DNA of 64,000 nucleotides from Candidatus Omnitrophota bacterium (GCA_029261035.1 JAJDCD010000006.1:1086-65085), one strand, 5' to 3'; numbered from the stretch's first letter, positions 40,655-51,061 are shown. Notes: generated by a model from the sequence alone, not told the origin. A program made the numbers and translations.

Positions 40655-43162
40655 ATGGATGATAGCAAAAGACAAACTGTTTTCTTTGAACGTGGATGGG
40701 TTATAGCCATTGTTTTGGCTTTATGTTTCTCCCCTGTAACGGCATGGACACAGACTGAAAGTTCGCCTAAGGCTGTGGAAGAAGTAAGTCAAAGTGCTTC
40801 TCCGAAGAAATCAATGCTTCCTGCATCTGGGGTAACACAGGCTGAAAATTCTCAGCTACCCAATGCTTCAGTGGGGAATCAAGGAACATCGCAGCAGCCT
40901 TCTAAAGGCTCTTCCACATCGGATGTTGCACCTTCAATTCCTCAACCTAGAGAAATAATAGTTTTCGAGGTAGAAGTTAGAGGCAATCGTGTCGTGAGCA
41001 CGAATGCAATCTTGTCTAAGGTTAAAACTAAAAAGGGAAAGTCTTTAAGGCAGCAGATTATTAATGACGATGTGCGTCGTTTGTATGGAACTGGTTTTTT
41101 TCAGGATGTTCGTGTTGATGTTCAAGAAAAGCAAGATGGGGTTTTGGTTACTGTTGTTGTTGATGAAAAGCCTATTGTAAAACGAATTATTATTGAAGGT
41201 AGCAGTGCTTTTGCTGAAGATAAGCTTAGAAAAGAATTGAATATTGTTGAAGGACAAATTTTAGATCAGAGAGCTGTTAAGCAGGGAGTGAATAAAATTC
41301 AAGAGAAGTACTTTGATAAGGGTTTTCGGTTTGCTGAAGTTAAATCGAACATAGATGTAAATCAACAAGCTAAAGAAGCTGTGTTGTACATTCTGATTGA
41401 TGAAGGGGATAAATATAAAATAAACAAAGTGAGTTTTGAAGGGAATGAAAGTTATCCTGAGAAAGACTTAAAGCGATTACTGAAAACAAAACCGCGCATG
41501 CTTATTTTACTTAGAAAAGGCGTATTCAACGAAGATACATTTCAAGAAGATTTGGAGCGAGTTAGAGCGTATTATCAATCGCAAGGTTTTTTGGATGTTC
41601 AGTCTACATCAAAGTTTGATTATAACAGGGAAAAGAAAGAGATTTATGTTACTGTAGTTGTTGGCGAAGGAGAACGTTACTACGCAGGTGATATTAAGAT
41701 TAAAGGGAATGTTTTATTTCCTGAAAGTGAGATTTGGGATCAGTTGGAAATGTTACCTGGATTCCCTTTCTCTCAATCGAATATGACGGGCGATGTAGCG
41801 GCTATTCGTCAATACTATTTTCAGAAGGGTTACATTGGGATTCAAATAACTCCTGATGTTGTTCTGAACCCAGATACAGGAAAAGTGGATGTTAATTACA
41901 ACCTTGTCGAGGGGGATTTGTTCTTTGTAGATAAAGTTAAAATTCGAGGAAATACAAAAACAAAAGATATCGTGATTCGTCGCGAATTGAGAACGCGTCC
42001 TGGAGATCGTTTTGACGGACAAAAAATAGATCGTTCCAAACAGAGATTAGATAATTTAGGTTTTTTCCAAGAAGTTGTTTACGATACAGAAGGTGGGTCA
42101 GCTCCAAATCGTAGAGATGTGGTATTTAAGGTTAAGGAGAAACAGACAGGTGAGCTTTCTTTTGGAGCCGGTGTGAGCTCTATTGATCAGTTTGTTGGAT
42201 TTGCTGAAATTTCGCAAAGAAACTTTGATATTAAAAATTTCCCAAGATTTACTGGGGGTGGACAAAGCTTATCTTTAAGAGGTCGAATTGGTACGATTAC
42301 TCAAGATATTGATGCTAGTTTTGTGGAGCCTTATTTGTTTAACAAGAACCTATCTTTGGGGTTGAATGGGTTTAGAGTAACTAGAGAAGCAAACAATACG
42401 GATTTTGATGAAATAAGAACAGGTGTTTCTATTAGTTTTGCCAGAGCTTTATCAGAGTTTATTCGTGCGGGTATTGGTTATACGGCAGAGCAGGTAGAAC
42501 TGGATGACCTCGAAGCAGATGCAGGACCTTCTGTTAGGGCTTTTGAGGGGAAGACAAATCTGAGTCGTTTGAAATTTAATATTTCTCGAGATACGAGAGA
42601 CAATGCTGTTGCGCCTAAAAAAGGAACTTTAATCACGAGTTCTATAGAATTAATAGGAAGTTTTATAGGTGGAGATGAAGACTATTATAATGCTCAAATT
42701 TCGTTCACGAAATATTTTAGCTTTAAAGAAAATCATGTTATTGAAGCCAAAAGTCGTTTAGGTATTACCGATGAAATTGGAGGGAGTGGTTCTGGATCCG
42801 TACCTGTATTTGATCGTTTTTTTGCAGGTGGCTTAGGAACGGTTCGTGGTTTTGAGCCTCGTCGAGTAGGGCCTAAGGAAGCTGGAGATGCTGTAGGTGG
42901 TAACTCTTTATTTATTTTAAATTTGGAGTATACCTTTCCTTTGATTCAGAACTTCAAAGGGGCGGTGTTTTTGGATGTGGGGCAAGTTGCAGCGGACGCT
43001 TTTAGTTTTGAAGGAGGCGAATTTGCAGCGAGTGTGGGGCCGGGTCTGAAAATTGCTACTCCCATTGGCCCAGTTGCTTTATACTATGGTTATCCTATAG
43101 CAAATGAAGACACAGAAAGTGAAAATGGTCGATTTGAATTTAGTTTTAGCAGAGGTTTTTAA
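40655..43162 (+). CDS. bamA: outer membrane protein assembly factor BamA (Omp85) with an S/Q-rich N-terminal linker
   Basis: POTRA repeats followed by a C-terminal beta-barrel that ends ...FEFSFSRGF. 835 aa. Confidence 0.9.
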   Translation: MDDSKRQTVFFERGWVIAIVLALCFSPVTAWTQTESSPKAVEEVSQSASPKKSMLPASGVTQAENSQLPNASVGNQGTSQQPSKGSSTSDVAPSIPQPREIIVFEVEVRGNRVVSTNAILSKVKTKKGKSLRQQIINDDVRRLYGTGFFQDVRVDVQEKQDGVLVTVVVDEKPIVKRIIIEGSSAFAEDKLRKELNIVEGQILDQRAVKQGVNKIQEKYFDKGFRFAEVKSNIDVNQQAKEAVLYILIDEGDKYKINKVSFEGNESYPEKDLKRLLKTKPRMLILLRKGVFNEDTFQEDLERVRAYYQSQGFLDVQSTSKFDYNREKKEIYVTVVVGEGERYYAGDIKIKGNVLFPESEIWDQLEMLPGFPFSQSNMTGDVAAIRQYYFQKGYIGIQITPDVVLNPDTGKVDVNYNLVEGDLFFVDKVKIRGNTKTKDIVIRRELRTRPGDRFDGQKIDRSKQRLDNLGFFQEVVYDTEGGSAPNRRDVVFKVKEKQTGELSFGAGVSSIDQFVGFAEISQRNFDIKNFPRFTGGGQSLSLRGRIGTITQDIDASFVEPYLFNKNLSLGLNGFRVTREANNTDFDEIRTGVSISFARALSEFIRAGIGYTAEQVELDDLEADAGPSVRAFEGKTNLSRLKFNISRDTRDNAVAPKKGTLITSSIELIGSFIGGDEDYYNAQISFTKYFSFKENHVIEAKSRLGITDEIGGSGSGSVPVFDRFFAGGLGTVRGFEPRRVGPKEAGDAVGGNSLFILNLEYTFPLIQNFKGAVFLDVGQVAADAFSFEGGEFAASVGPGLKIATPIGPVALYYGYPIANEDTESENGRFEFSFSRGF

Positions 43163-43186
43163 TCTTAACATAAGGAGAATAAAACG

Positions 43187-43699
43187 ATGAATTTAACAAA
43201 ACAGCTTATGATTGCCTTTATTGTTATATTAGGGTCTTTTGGAATTTCTTTTTCAGCTTATGCGGAAAAAACAGCTTACGTTGATGTTGCGAAAGTTTTT
43301 GATCAGTATGAGAAAACAAAAAAGTTTGATCAACAGCTAGCAGAGATGGGGAAAGAAAAACAGACCGTTAGAGATTCTTTAGTTTTAGATGTTAGACGAT
43401 TGAAAGATGAAATGGCTCTTCTTTCAGATTCTGGTAAGGGAGAGAAGCAACTTCTTGTTGATAAAAAATTGAGAGAACTTCAAGAGTTCGATAGAGGTGC
43501 TCAAAAAGAACTAGGGGAAAAGAGAGAAGGAATCATAAAAGATGTGTTTAAAGATATTGATGATGTGATTAAGGTTTATGGGCAGAAAAATAATTATGAT
43601 TTTATTTTCAACGAAAGATTAATGTTATTTAGAAATGATAAGTATGATATTACGGATGAAATTCTAGGGGAGCTTAACGCGCAATATAAAAAGAAATAA
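43187..43699 (+). CDS. skp: OmpH/Skp family periplasmic chaperone
   Basis: 170 aa, signal peptide, coiled-coil K/E-rich body, located directly after bamA. Confidence 0.8.
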   Translation: MNLTKQLMIAFIVILGSFGISFSAYAEKTAYVDVAKVFDQYEKTKKFDQQLAEMGKEKQTVRDSLVLDVRRLKDEMALLSDSGKGEKQLLVDKKLRELQEFDRGAQKELGEKREGIIKDVFKDIDDVIKVYGQKNNYDFIFNERLMLFRNDKYDITDEILGELNAQYKKK

Positions 43700-43742
43700 T
43701 CTTTTAAAAAAATACGCATACGGGTGGTTTAAATAAATTTCA

Positions 43743-45062
43743 ATGGAAAAAGAAAAAACGATTAAAACTAGGATTGATTTTGAAGGTATTGGGGTTCATA
43801 AAGGGGAAAAAGTAACTGTTTCTTTGATCCCAGCAGAACCAGGTACTGGAATTGTTTTCAAGCGGGTTGATTTACCGGATTCACAACCCTTTAAAGCAGA
43901 TATTGAAAATGTGATTCAGATTCCTGAAGTGGAAGGAAGACAAACAACACTTGGAATTGGAAATGCTTACATTGTCACTGTCGAACATTTACTATCCTCT
44001 TTGCATGGTTTGGGCGTGGATAATTGCTTTGTTGAAGTTTCTGGGGATGAAATGCCCGTGTTGGATGGTAGTTCGGATGTTTATTCAGAAAAAATTATAG
44101 AAGCTGGACTAGAAGAGCAAGACCGTGATAGAGAATATTTAACTGTGACAGAACCATTTGAAATGTCTTATGGTGAATCCACGATTAAAGTTCTTCCCTC
44201 GGATGAATTTAAGGTGACTTACTCCTTAAGTTATCAAGGGGACCCATTATTACAAGATCAAACAGCAACCTTTCTTGTTAACCCTACCACTTACAAAGAT
44301 GATATATCACCGGCTCGGACTTTTTGCTTAAGAGAAGAGGTGGAGGATTTACTTTCTAAGGGGTATGGGAAAGGCGCCTCTTTCGAGAATACACTTGTTT
44401 TTGAAAATGGAAAACCAATTCAAAATGAATTACGTTTTGAAGATGAGGCTTGCCGCCATAAAATTTTAGATTTAATAGGAGATATTTATCTCTTAGGGAG
44501 AAGAATTAAAGCACATATTATCACTTTTAAAACTGGGCATCGACATAATGTCGAATTAGTTAGGAGGTTAAAGGAAATGGTTGATCAATCTAAAGGGACT
44601 AAAGCAGTGTCTGAGAAGAGTTCTGAAATTGTATATGATGTGAATGGAATTATGGGGATCATTCCTCATCGTTACCCATTTTTACTCGTCGACAGAATCA
44701 TTGAGATGGAAGAGGGTAAAAGAGCTGTAGGAATTAAGAATGTGACTATGAATGAGCAGTTTTTTCAAGGGCATTTTCCAGGGCACCCAGTAATGCCGGG
44801 AGTTCTCATTGTTGAAGCAATGGCTCAAGTAGGGGGTGTTTTGATGCTGAGCCAAGCGGATAATAAAGGGAAGATCGCTTATTTTATGAGTATTGATAAA
44901 GCTAAATTCAGAAAACCCGTATTTCCTGGGGATCAGCTTCGTTTTGAAATTGATGTCCTTAAAGTTCGTTCTAGAACAGGGCAATGCTTGGGGAAGGCTT
45001 TTGTCGACGGAGCTCTTGTTTGTGAAGCTGAAGTTAAATTTGCCATAGTTACTCCAGAGTAA
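43743..45062 (+). CDS. bifunctional UDP-3-O-acyl-GlcNAc deacetylase / 3-hydroxyacyl-ACP dehydratase (LpxC-FabZ fusion)
   Basis: N-terminal LpxC region (first sequence block, then the HRHN-like site) and a C-terminal FabZ hot-dog domain ([19 protein letters not shown]). Confidence 0.88.
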   Translation: MEKEKTIKTRIDFEGIGVHKGEKVTVSLIPAEPGTGIVFKRVDLPDSQPFKADIENVIQIPEVEGRQTTLGIGNAYIVTVEHLLSSLHGLGVDNCFVEVSGDEMPVLDGSSDVYSEKIIEAGLEEQDRDREYLTVTEPFEMSYGESTIKVLPSDEFKVTYSLSYQGDPLLQDQTATFLVNPTTYKDDISPARTFCLREEVEDLLSKGYGKGASFENTLVFENGKPIQNELRFEDEACRHKILDLIGDIYLLGRRIKAHIITFKTGHRHNVELVRRLKEMVDQSKGTKAVSEKSSEIVYDVNGIMGIIPHRYPFLLVDRIIEMEEGKRAVGIKNVTMNEQFFQGHFPGHPVMPGVLIVEAMAQVGGVLMLSQADNKGKIAYFMSIDKAKFRKPVFPGDQLRFEIDVLKVRSRTGQCLGKAFVDGALVCEAEVKFAIVTPE

Positions 45063-45084
45063 AAGGAAAGAGGAATCTACATAC

Positions 45085-45882
45085 ATGAGTTTAAATGCCG
45101 AACTTAAAAAAACGGTGATCCACCCAACAGCGATTGTACATCCAAATGCTAAGATTGCAGAAGGTGTTGAAATAGGACCTTATGCAATTATAGAAGAGAA
45201 TGTTTCTATAGGTTTTGGAACAAAAGTTGGAGCAAGAGTTACGATTGAAGGGTATACAGAGATCGGGAAAGAAAATCAGATTTTTACGGGAGCTGTTATT
45301 GGGAGTATGACCCAAGATAAGAAATGTGATGGGGGAATTAGCTATTTAAAGATAGGTAATTCTAATATTATTAGAGAATACGTGACAATGAACCCTGGAA
45401 CTTTAGAGGGAACAAAAACGATTATTGGGAATGGGAATTTGTTTATGGCCTATGCTCATGTTGCCCATGATTGTATTGTTGGGAACTATAATGTTATTGC
45501 TAATAATGGAACTTTGGCTGGACATGTTATTGTTGAAGACAGAGCAATTATTGGGGGGCTAAGCGGTGTTCACCAATTGGTACGCATCGGTTCTTTGGCC
45601 ATTGTTGGAGGTTGTTCTAAGGTGGTGCAAGATGTCCCTTCTTTTATGATGGTCGACGGACATCCGGCAAAGGCTTTTGGTGTGAATGGTGTTGGCCTTG
45701 AAAGAAATGATGTCTCTTCTGAAGAACGCATGATTCTAAAAAAGGCGTTTAAAATTATTTTTAGATCAGGCCTTGCGTTAAAGAGTGCTATATCCAAACT
45801 AGAAGAAGACTTTCCAGCTTCTCCTGCCTTAACTACATTGATTGAATTTCTTCAAAAATCAGAAAGAGGAATTTGTCGTTAA
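45085..45882 (+). CDS. lpxA: acyl-ACP--UDP-N-acetylglucosamine O-acyltransferase
   Basis: Hexapeptide-repeat left-handed helix, 265 aa, LpxA C-terminal helical domain. Confidence 0.9.
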   Translation: MSLNAELKKTVIHPTAIVHPNAKIAEGVEIGPYAIIEENVSIGFGTKVGARVTIEGYTEIGKENQIFTGAVIGSMTQDKKCDGGISYLKIGNSNIIREYVTMNPGTLEGTKTIIGNGNLFMAYAHVAHDCIVGNYNVIANNGTLAGHVIVEDRAIIGGLSGVHQLVRIGSLAIVGGCSKVVQDVPSFMMVDGHPAKAFGVNGVGLERNDVSSEERMILKKAFKIIFRSGLALKSAISKLEEDFPASPALTTLIEFLQKSERGICR

Positions 45883-45914
45883 TTTGACAAGCCCATTGTG
45901 AGGCTTTTTTTACA

Positions 45915-46757
45915 GTGAATCTATCTACATTAAAATCAAAAATTGGTGTTATTGCGGGGTATGGTGATTTACCTAAGGAAGTGTGCCGTGCTGCGAAAAA
46001 AAACGAGTATGATGTTGCTTTATGCGCGATCAAAGGAGAGGCAGATCCTGAATTAGAATCTATCGTTCCTGATAATGTTTCTTGGATAAAATTGGGAGAG
46101 CTCGGAAAACTGATTAAGTTTTTTAAGAAAAATAATATTACAGAAGCTATTTTGTGTGGGAAGATTCATAAAATTAATATTCTAAAAGGAAATGTTCTTC
46201 CTGATCTAGAAATGATAAAAATGTTATCTGGAATTAGAACTTTTAAAGATCATAGCTTATTAGAACGCTTGTGTAACTATTTGGAATCGAGAGGGGTTAA
46301 GATAATTGATTCCACTTATTTCATTAAGGATTTTTTTAATATTGAAGGTGTTTTAACTCGACTTAAGCCATCTACATCTGAGTGGGAAGATGTTCAGTTT
46401 GGTTTTGAAATGGCAAAACAAATTGCGGACTTAGATATTGGCCAAACTGTTGTTGTGAGAAATAAGTCTGTAGTTGCTGTAGAATCTATTGAAGGTACGG
46501 ACCAAGCGATATTGCGTGGTGGGAAATTAGCTGAAGAGGGAGGGGTTGTTGTTAAAGTGGCTCGCCCAAATCAAGATATGCGTTTTGATGTTCCGACCAT
46601 TGGACCAGATACACTTCAGGCGTGTCATGAAGCTAAGATTCGGGTTTTGGCCTTTGAACAAGGAAAAACTATTTTGCTTCATTCGGAAAAACTCATTGAT
46701 ATGGCAAATGAATTTAAAATTAAACTTATAGCATTTGAAGGAAATAATGGGATATGA
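45915..46757 (+). CDS. lpxI: UDP-2,3-diacylglucosamine hydrolase LpxI-like (DUF1009), GTG start
   Basis: ~280 aa, N-terminus IGVIAGYGDLP. Sits between lpxA and lpxB as LpxI does in Caulobacter. Confidence 0.65.
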   Translation: MNLSTLKSKIGVIAGYGDLPKEVCRAAKKNEYDVALCAIKGEADPELESIVPDNVSWIKLGELGKLIKFFKKNNITEAILCGKIHKINILKGNVLPDLEMIKMLSGIRTFKDHSLLERLCNYLESRGVKIIDSTYFIKDFFNIEGVLTRLKPSTSEWEDVQFGFEMAKQIADLDIGQTVVVRNKSVVAVESIEGTDQAILRGGKLAEEGGVVVKVARPNQDMRFDVPTIGPDTLQACHEAKIRVLAFEQGKTILLHSEKLIDMANEFKIKLIAFEGNNGI

Positions 46758-48325
46758 GCAGTCAAAAAAATAAGATCAAATCATCCGATAAAGAAATACC
46801 GGTTTTAAAAAGAGAAGTCTTGGAACTTACAACGTTATATGAGATTTCGCAAGCAATAGCTTCTTCATTGGATTTGTCTGTTATTTTGACGGAAATATTA
46901 TCGATTCTTTCTAAACGTATGGGGATGGAAAAAGGAACCGTTTCTTTGTTGGATATGGAGACGAATGAATTGGGAATTAATATTGCCCATGATATGAATG
47001 TTTCTCAAATTCAAAGAGGGAAGTATAAACTAGGCGAAGGTATTACAGGGAAAGTGGTTGCTGCAGGCGAGCCTATTATTGTTCCTAGTGTGGGGGATGA
47101 GCCTACATTTTTAGATAGAACGAAGTCAAGAGGAGATCTTACTGATAAGAATTTTGCTTTTATTTGTGTTCCGATTAAATCGGATCAAAGAACCATTGGG
47201 GCGTTGAGTGTCGATAGACATTTTGGAGAAGACCTATCTTTTGAAGAGGATTTAAGGTTGTTAACGATTATTAGTTCTGTTATAGCCCAAGCTGTGAAAA
47301 TTCATGAAATGGTGGAAGAGGAGAAAGAAGAGTTAGTAAAAGAAACTCGTAAGTTGCGTTCCGAGTTGAAAAAGAAATACCGCCCTCAGAACGTGGTGGG
47401 TGAAAGCAAGAAAATGACGGAGGTTTACTCGACGATTGATCTAGTGAGCCAGAGTAGGGCAACGGTATTACTTCGTGGAGAAAGTGGCACAGGCAAAGAG
47501 TTAGTAGCCAAAGCGATTCATTATGCTAGTTCTAGGGCTCAAAAAGCTTTTGTTAAGGTAGCATGTGCAGCTCTTCCAGAGACATTGCTTGAAAGTGAGT
47601 TGTTTGGTCATGAAAAAGGAGCTTTTACAGGGGCTATTGCTTCCAAGAAGGGTCGGTTTGAGCTTGCTCATGAAGGCACGTTGTTTCTAGATGAGATTGG
47701 AGATGTTAGTCCTTTAATTCAGGTTAAATTGCTTCGGGTTCTTCAAGAGAGAGAATTTGAGCGTGTCGGGAGTTCTGAGACGACAAGGGTGGATGTGAGA
47801 ATTATTGCCGCTACTCATAAAGATTTAGAAAAAGAAGTTAGAGAAGGTCGTTTTAGAGAAGATTTATACTATCGATTGAATGTCGTTCCAGTGTTTCTTC
47901 CTGCCCTTAGAGAAAGAAAAGAGGATATCCCTCTTTTGGTTAATTCTTTCTTGGAAAAATCATGTATTGAAAATGAGAAAAAGATTAAAAAAATAGATGA
48001 TGAAGTTTGGGAACATATTATGAATTATCCGTGGCCGGGGAATGTTCGAGAGATACAAAATGCAATTGAGAGAGCTGTGGTTCTATGTAAAGATGATGTT
48101 CTTCAAAAAGAGCATTTTCCCTTTGAGCTTCAAGATAAAATTAGAGATATTGATCCTTTAACATTGATTGACGATGGCAGTAAATTGTCTGATATTGTTA
48201 ATCAGGTAGAAGAGAGAATGATTAAGTCTGCTTTGAATAAAACGGGTGGTAATAAGCGTAAAGCGGCTAAAGATCTAGGTGTTACTGAAAGAATCCTCAG
48301 TTATAAAATTTCTAAATTAAGCTAA
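46754..48325 (+). CDS. sigma-54-dependent transcriptional activator: GAF sensor + AAA+ domain + Fis-type HTH (NifA-like, no receiver domain)
   Basis: GAF region, Walker A GESGTGKE, GAFTGA sigma-54 contact motif, Walker B FLDEIGD and a C-terminal HTH. Confidence 0.9.
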   Translation: MSSQKNKIKSSDKEIPVLKREVLELTTLYEISQAIASSLDLSVILTEILSILSKRMGMEKGTVSLLDMETNELGINIAHDMNVSQIQRGKYKLGEGITGKVVAAGEPIIVPSVGDEPTFLDRTKSRGDLTDKNFAFICVPIKSDQRTIGALSVDRHFGEDLSFEEDLRLLTIISSVIAQAVKIHEMVEEEKEELVKETRKLRSELKKKYRPQNVVGESKKMTEVYSTIDLVSQSRATVLLRGESGTGKELVAKAIHYASSRAQKAFVKVACAALPETLLESELFGHEKGAFTGAIASKKGRFELAHEGTLFLDEIGDVSPLIQVKLLRVLQEREFERVGSSETTRVDVRIIAATHKDLEKEVREGRFREDLYYRLNVVPVFLPALRERKEDIPLLVNSFLEKSCIENEKKIKKIDDEVWEHIMNYPWPGNVREIQNAIERAVVLCKDDVLQKEHFPFELQDKIRDIDPLTLIDDGSKLSDIVNQVEERMIKSALNKTGGNKRKAAKDLGVTERILSYKISKLS

Positions 48326-48485
48326 TTCACAGAAAAATTCCCTTAAAAGCATTTCTTAAGAAGTTGAAAAACTCTATTTTCTTTGAAAGAGTAAACACCT
48401 GTTTACTACTAGCTATTAGGATAAAGTTTAAAGTCTTTAATGTTTCAATTCGATAATAGATATAACGAATTAGGTGGAGCTATCT

Positions 48486-48866
48486 ATGAAACGAATTCTT
48501 CTTGCTGATCTAGATCCTTACAATGCGCAAGTTCTTGAAATGGCTTTATTAGGTGAGTCTTATCATGTGACGCGTGTTCATACCCTTGAAGAATGGACTT
48601 CTGTTTTGGAAACAAAATCATTTTCTTTGATTTTAATGGATGAAAGCTTTTTAGAGATATCCAGAGAGCTATTTGCTTTGTCTAAAAAAGCATATAAAAA
48701 ATTAGAGAGAACTCCTTCAATTATTATGACGATGTACCCTGAGATTATGGAACACAGGCATAAATTCTCTTTAAAAGCAAAATTTCTGCTTAAACCTTTT
48801 CAGGCTAGTGAGATGTTTTTAATGATGAAACAGGTATTTTTCGAAAAGAAAGAACTAGCTATCTAG
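48486..48866 (+). CDS. stand-alone CheY-like receiver domain protein
   Basis: 127 aa with DLD, the phospho-acceptor Asp in LILMD, and downstream T and K-P residues. SD AGGTGGA sits 8 nt upstream of the ATG. Confidence 0.75.
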   Translation: MKRILLADLDPYNAQVLEMALLGESYHVTRVHTLEEWTSVLETKSFSLILMDESFLEISRELFALSKKAYKKLERTPSIIMTMYPEIMEHRHKFSLKAKFLLKPFQASEMFLMMKQVFFEKKELAI

Positions 48867-50015
48867 AAATTTTATAATTTGATTGGCTGCTAATTGAGCA
48901 GCATTTCCGCGTTTTAATTTTTCTCTAATTTTAAAAAACTCTTTAATTTGAGCTTCTCTTTTTTCTGAGCTGTAAAGTAGTTCAGACATAATGCGTGTGG
49001 CTTTTTCTGCAGTTAAATTTCCTTGTATGAGTTCAGGGTTGACGGGTTTTTTGGAGAGGATATTAACAATGCCTAAATAAGGAATTTTAACCAAAGCTCT
49101 TCCAATAAGATAGGTGAGAAGAGAAGTTTTGTAGACAAGGAAAAACGGTTTGTCATGAAGAGCTGTTTCGAAAGTTGCTGTTCCTGAACAAACGGCAAGA
49201 ATATTGGAAGCTTTGATAATGTTGTGATGTTGGTCGGTGTAAGCATGGATATTGATTTTCCCTTGAACATCTTTCAATATGGAATCATAGACATTGTTTT
49301 GAATGGAAGATGTTTTGGAAAGAATGAATTGAATGTTAGATTCTTTTTGCGTCATTTTTTGGGCAGACTTTAAAAGAATGGGAAGTATGCGTTTCACTTC
49401 CTTTTCTCTAGAGCCTGGCAATATGCCAATAGTAGGAATGTCTGGGGATAGAGATAGCTTTTGTCTTATAACAATTATTTCAGACTTGCTAGGCCCCCCT
49501 TTAATTTCATCGACCAAGGGATGTCCTACGTAGGAGGCTGGAATTTGATGCTCCGCATAGAAATCTTTTTCAAAAGGGAAGATAACTAGGAGTTTCTTTA
49601 TGTATTTTTTTAAAATATAAATTCGACGTTTCCCCCATGCCCACAATTGAGGGGTGATGTAGTAAATCATAGGGAACTGCAGTCGGATCTTTTTTGCAAA
49701 CCGAAGATTAAAGCCAGGGAAGTCGATAAGGATGATGAGGTCGGGCTTAATTTCCTTTACTCTATCTAGCGCCATATAAAATATTTTTCTAAATTTAAGA
49801 TAATTTTTTAAAACATCTGTGAAGCCAACGGCGGAAATTTGAGTCATGTCATAATCGAGTTGGACCCCGACGGATTTCATTTGTGGGCCTCCTAAACCAT
49901 AGAATTGAACATTAGGCTTAGATTGTTTAATTTCTTCTATCAGCTTACGTCCATGTAAGTCGCCAGAAGGTTCTCCTGCGATAATATATATTTTTTTAGT
50001 TTGGGAAAATGACAT
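48855..50015 (-). CDS. lpxB: lipid-A-disaccharide synthase
   Basis: Begins KKIYIIAGEPSGDLHG, as LpxB does. 386 aa, minus strand. Confidence 0.92.
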   Translation of the reverse strand: MSFSQTKKIYIIAGEPSGDLHGRKLIEEIKQSKPNVQFYGLGGPQMKSVGVQLDYDMTQISAVGFTDVLKNYLKFRKIFYMALDRVKEIKPDLIILIDFPGFNLRFAKKIRLQFPMIYYITPQLWAWGKRRIYILKKYIKKLLVIFPFEKDFYAEHQIPASYVGHPLVDEIKGGPSKSEIIVIRQKLSLSPDIPTIGILPGSREKEVKRILPILLKSAQKMTQKESNIQFILSKTSSIQNNVYDSILKDVQGKINIHAYTDQHHNIIKASNILAVCSGTATFETALHDKPFFLVYKTSLLTYLIGRALVKIPYLGIVNILSKKPVNPELIQGNLTAEKATRIMSELLYSSEKREAQIKEFFKIREKLKRGNAAQLAANQIIKFLDS

Positions 50016-50034
50016 GATGAGTTTTTGATTCCAA

Positions 50035-50985
50035 TTATTTTTTCATGAGAAATTCTTTATTCTCAGTTTCTGATTCTTTGATGTTGTTTAAAATTTGTAA
50101 GGCAAGGGCTAAAGCTTCTCTTGCGGCTATGTCAGGAGTTCCAAAGTTTTCTTTTCTTTGAACCTGATTAACAAAATCTTGAATTTCTTTTTTGAGAGAT
50201 TCTCCTTTTTCAATAGCGATTTCTTTTTTGCTAATAGAAATGAAAGATTTTTTAAATATCTTTGCTGCTTGATCGGCATAGTCTAAAGAGATATAAGCAT
50301 CGGGTTGGAAGATTCTAATTTTCCTTTGAGTTTCCGGGGTGAGCCTACTAGCTGTGATGTCGGCAATGCAACCATTTTCAAATTTAAGACGAGCGTTAGC
50401 CAAATCTTCAAACTTTGTTAAAACAGATATTCCGACAGCCTCTGAACGAAGGACTTTCATATTGACTAAGCCGAGTAAAATATCGAGGTCATGAATCATC
50501 AGATCTAAGACAACCCCACAATCCGTAATGCGACCATTGAAAGGCCCTAAGCGATGAACTTCTATAAATCGAGGATTTTTAATTATTTTAGCTATTTTCT
50601 GAAAACCCGAGTTATAACGTTCTACGTGGCCCACTTGTAAGAGGAGATTATTATTTTTTGCAATTTCAAGAACTTCATCTGCTTCTTCTAAATTCATAGC
50701 AATTGGTTTTTCGATAAGACAGTGAATATTATGTTCTAAAACTACTTTGGCAACAGGGTGATGGTGAGAGGTTGGGACGCAAATAGAAACCAGGTCAACT
50801 TTGTCTAAAAGAGTTCTGTAGTCTGTAGTAAAGGGAACATTGAGGTTTTTAGCAATTTCTTCTTTTGAAGGATCTGTGTCGCACACGCCAATTAGATCAA
50901 TGGACTCTGAAAGTTCCTTATAAATACGGGCGTGAAACTTACCAAGATGTCCAACGCCTATTACACCTGCTCTTAATTTACTCAT
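50035..50985 (-). CDS. Gfo/Idh/MocA family NAD(P)-dependent oxidoreductase (possibly GnnA-like), co-oriented upstream of lpxB
   Basis: Rossmann N-terminus AGVIGVGHLGKFHA and EKP motif. 316 aa. Confidence 0.75.
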   Translation of the reverse strand: MSKLRAGVIGVGHLGKFHARIYKELSESIDLIGVCDTDPSKEEIAKNLNVPFTTDYRTLLDKVDLVSICVPTSHHHPVAKVVLEHNIHCLIEKPIAMNLEEADEVLEIAKNNNLLLQVGHVERYNSGFQKIAKIIKNPRFIEVHRLGPFNGRITDCGVVLDLMIHDLDILLGLVNMKVLRSEAVGISVLTKFEDLANARLKFENGCIADITASRLTPETQRKIRIFQPDAYISLDYADQAAKIFKKSFISISKKEIAIEKGESLKKEIQDFVNQVQRKENFGTPDIAAREALALALQILNNIKESETENKEFLMKK

Positions 50986-51061
50986 CATTTATCCTAACTT
51001 TATATATTACCGTATCTTATGGAATCTTTGTTTTTCAGGAGGACTTATAGATCAAATCTTC

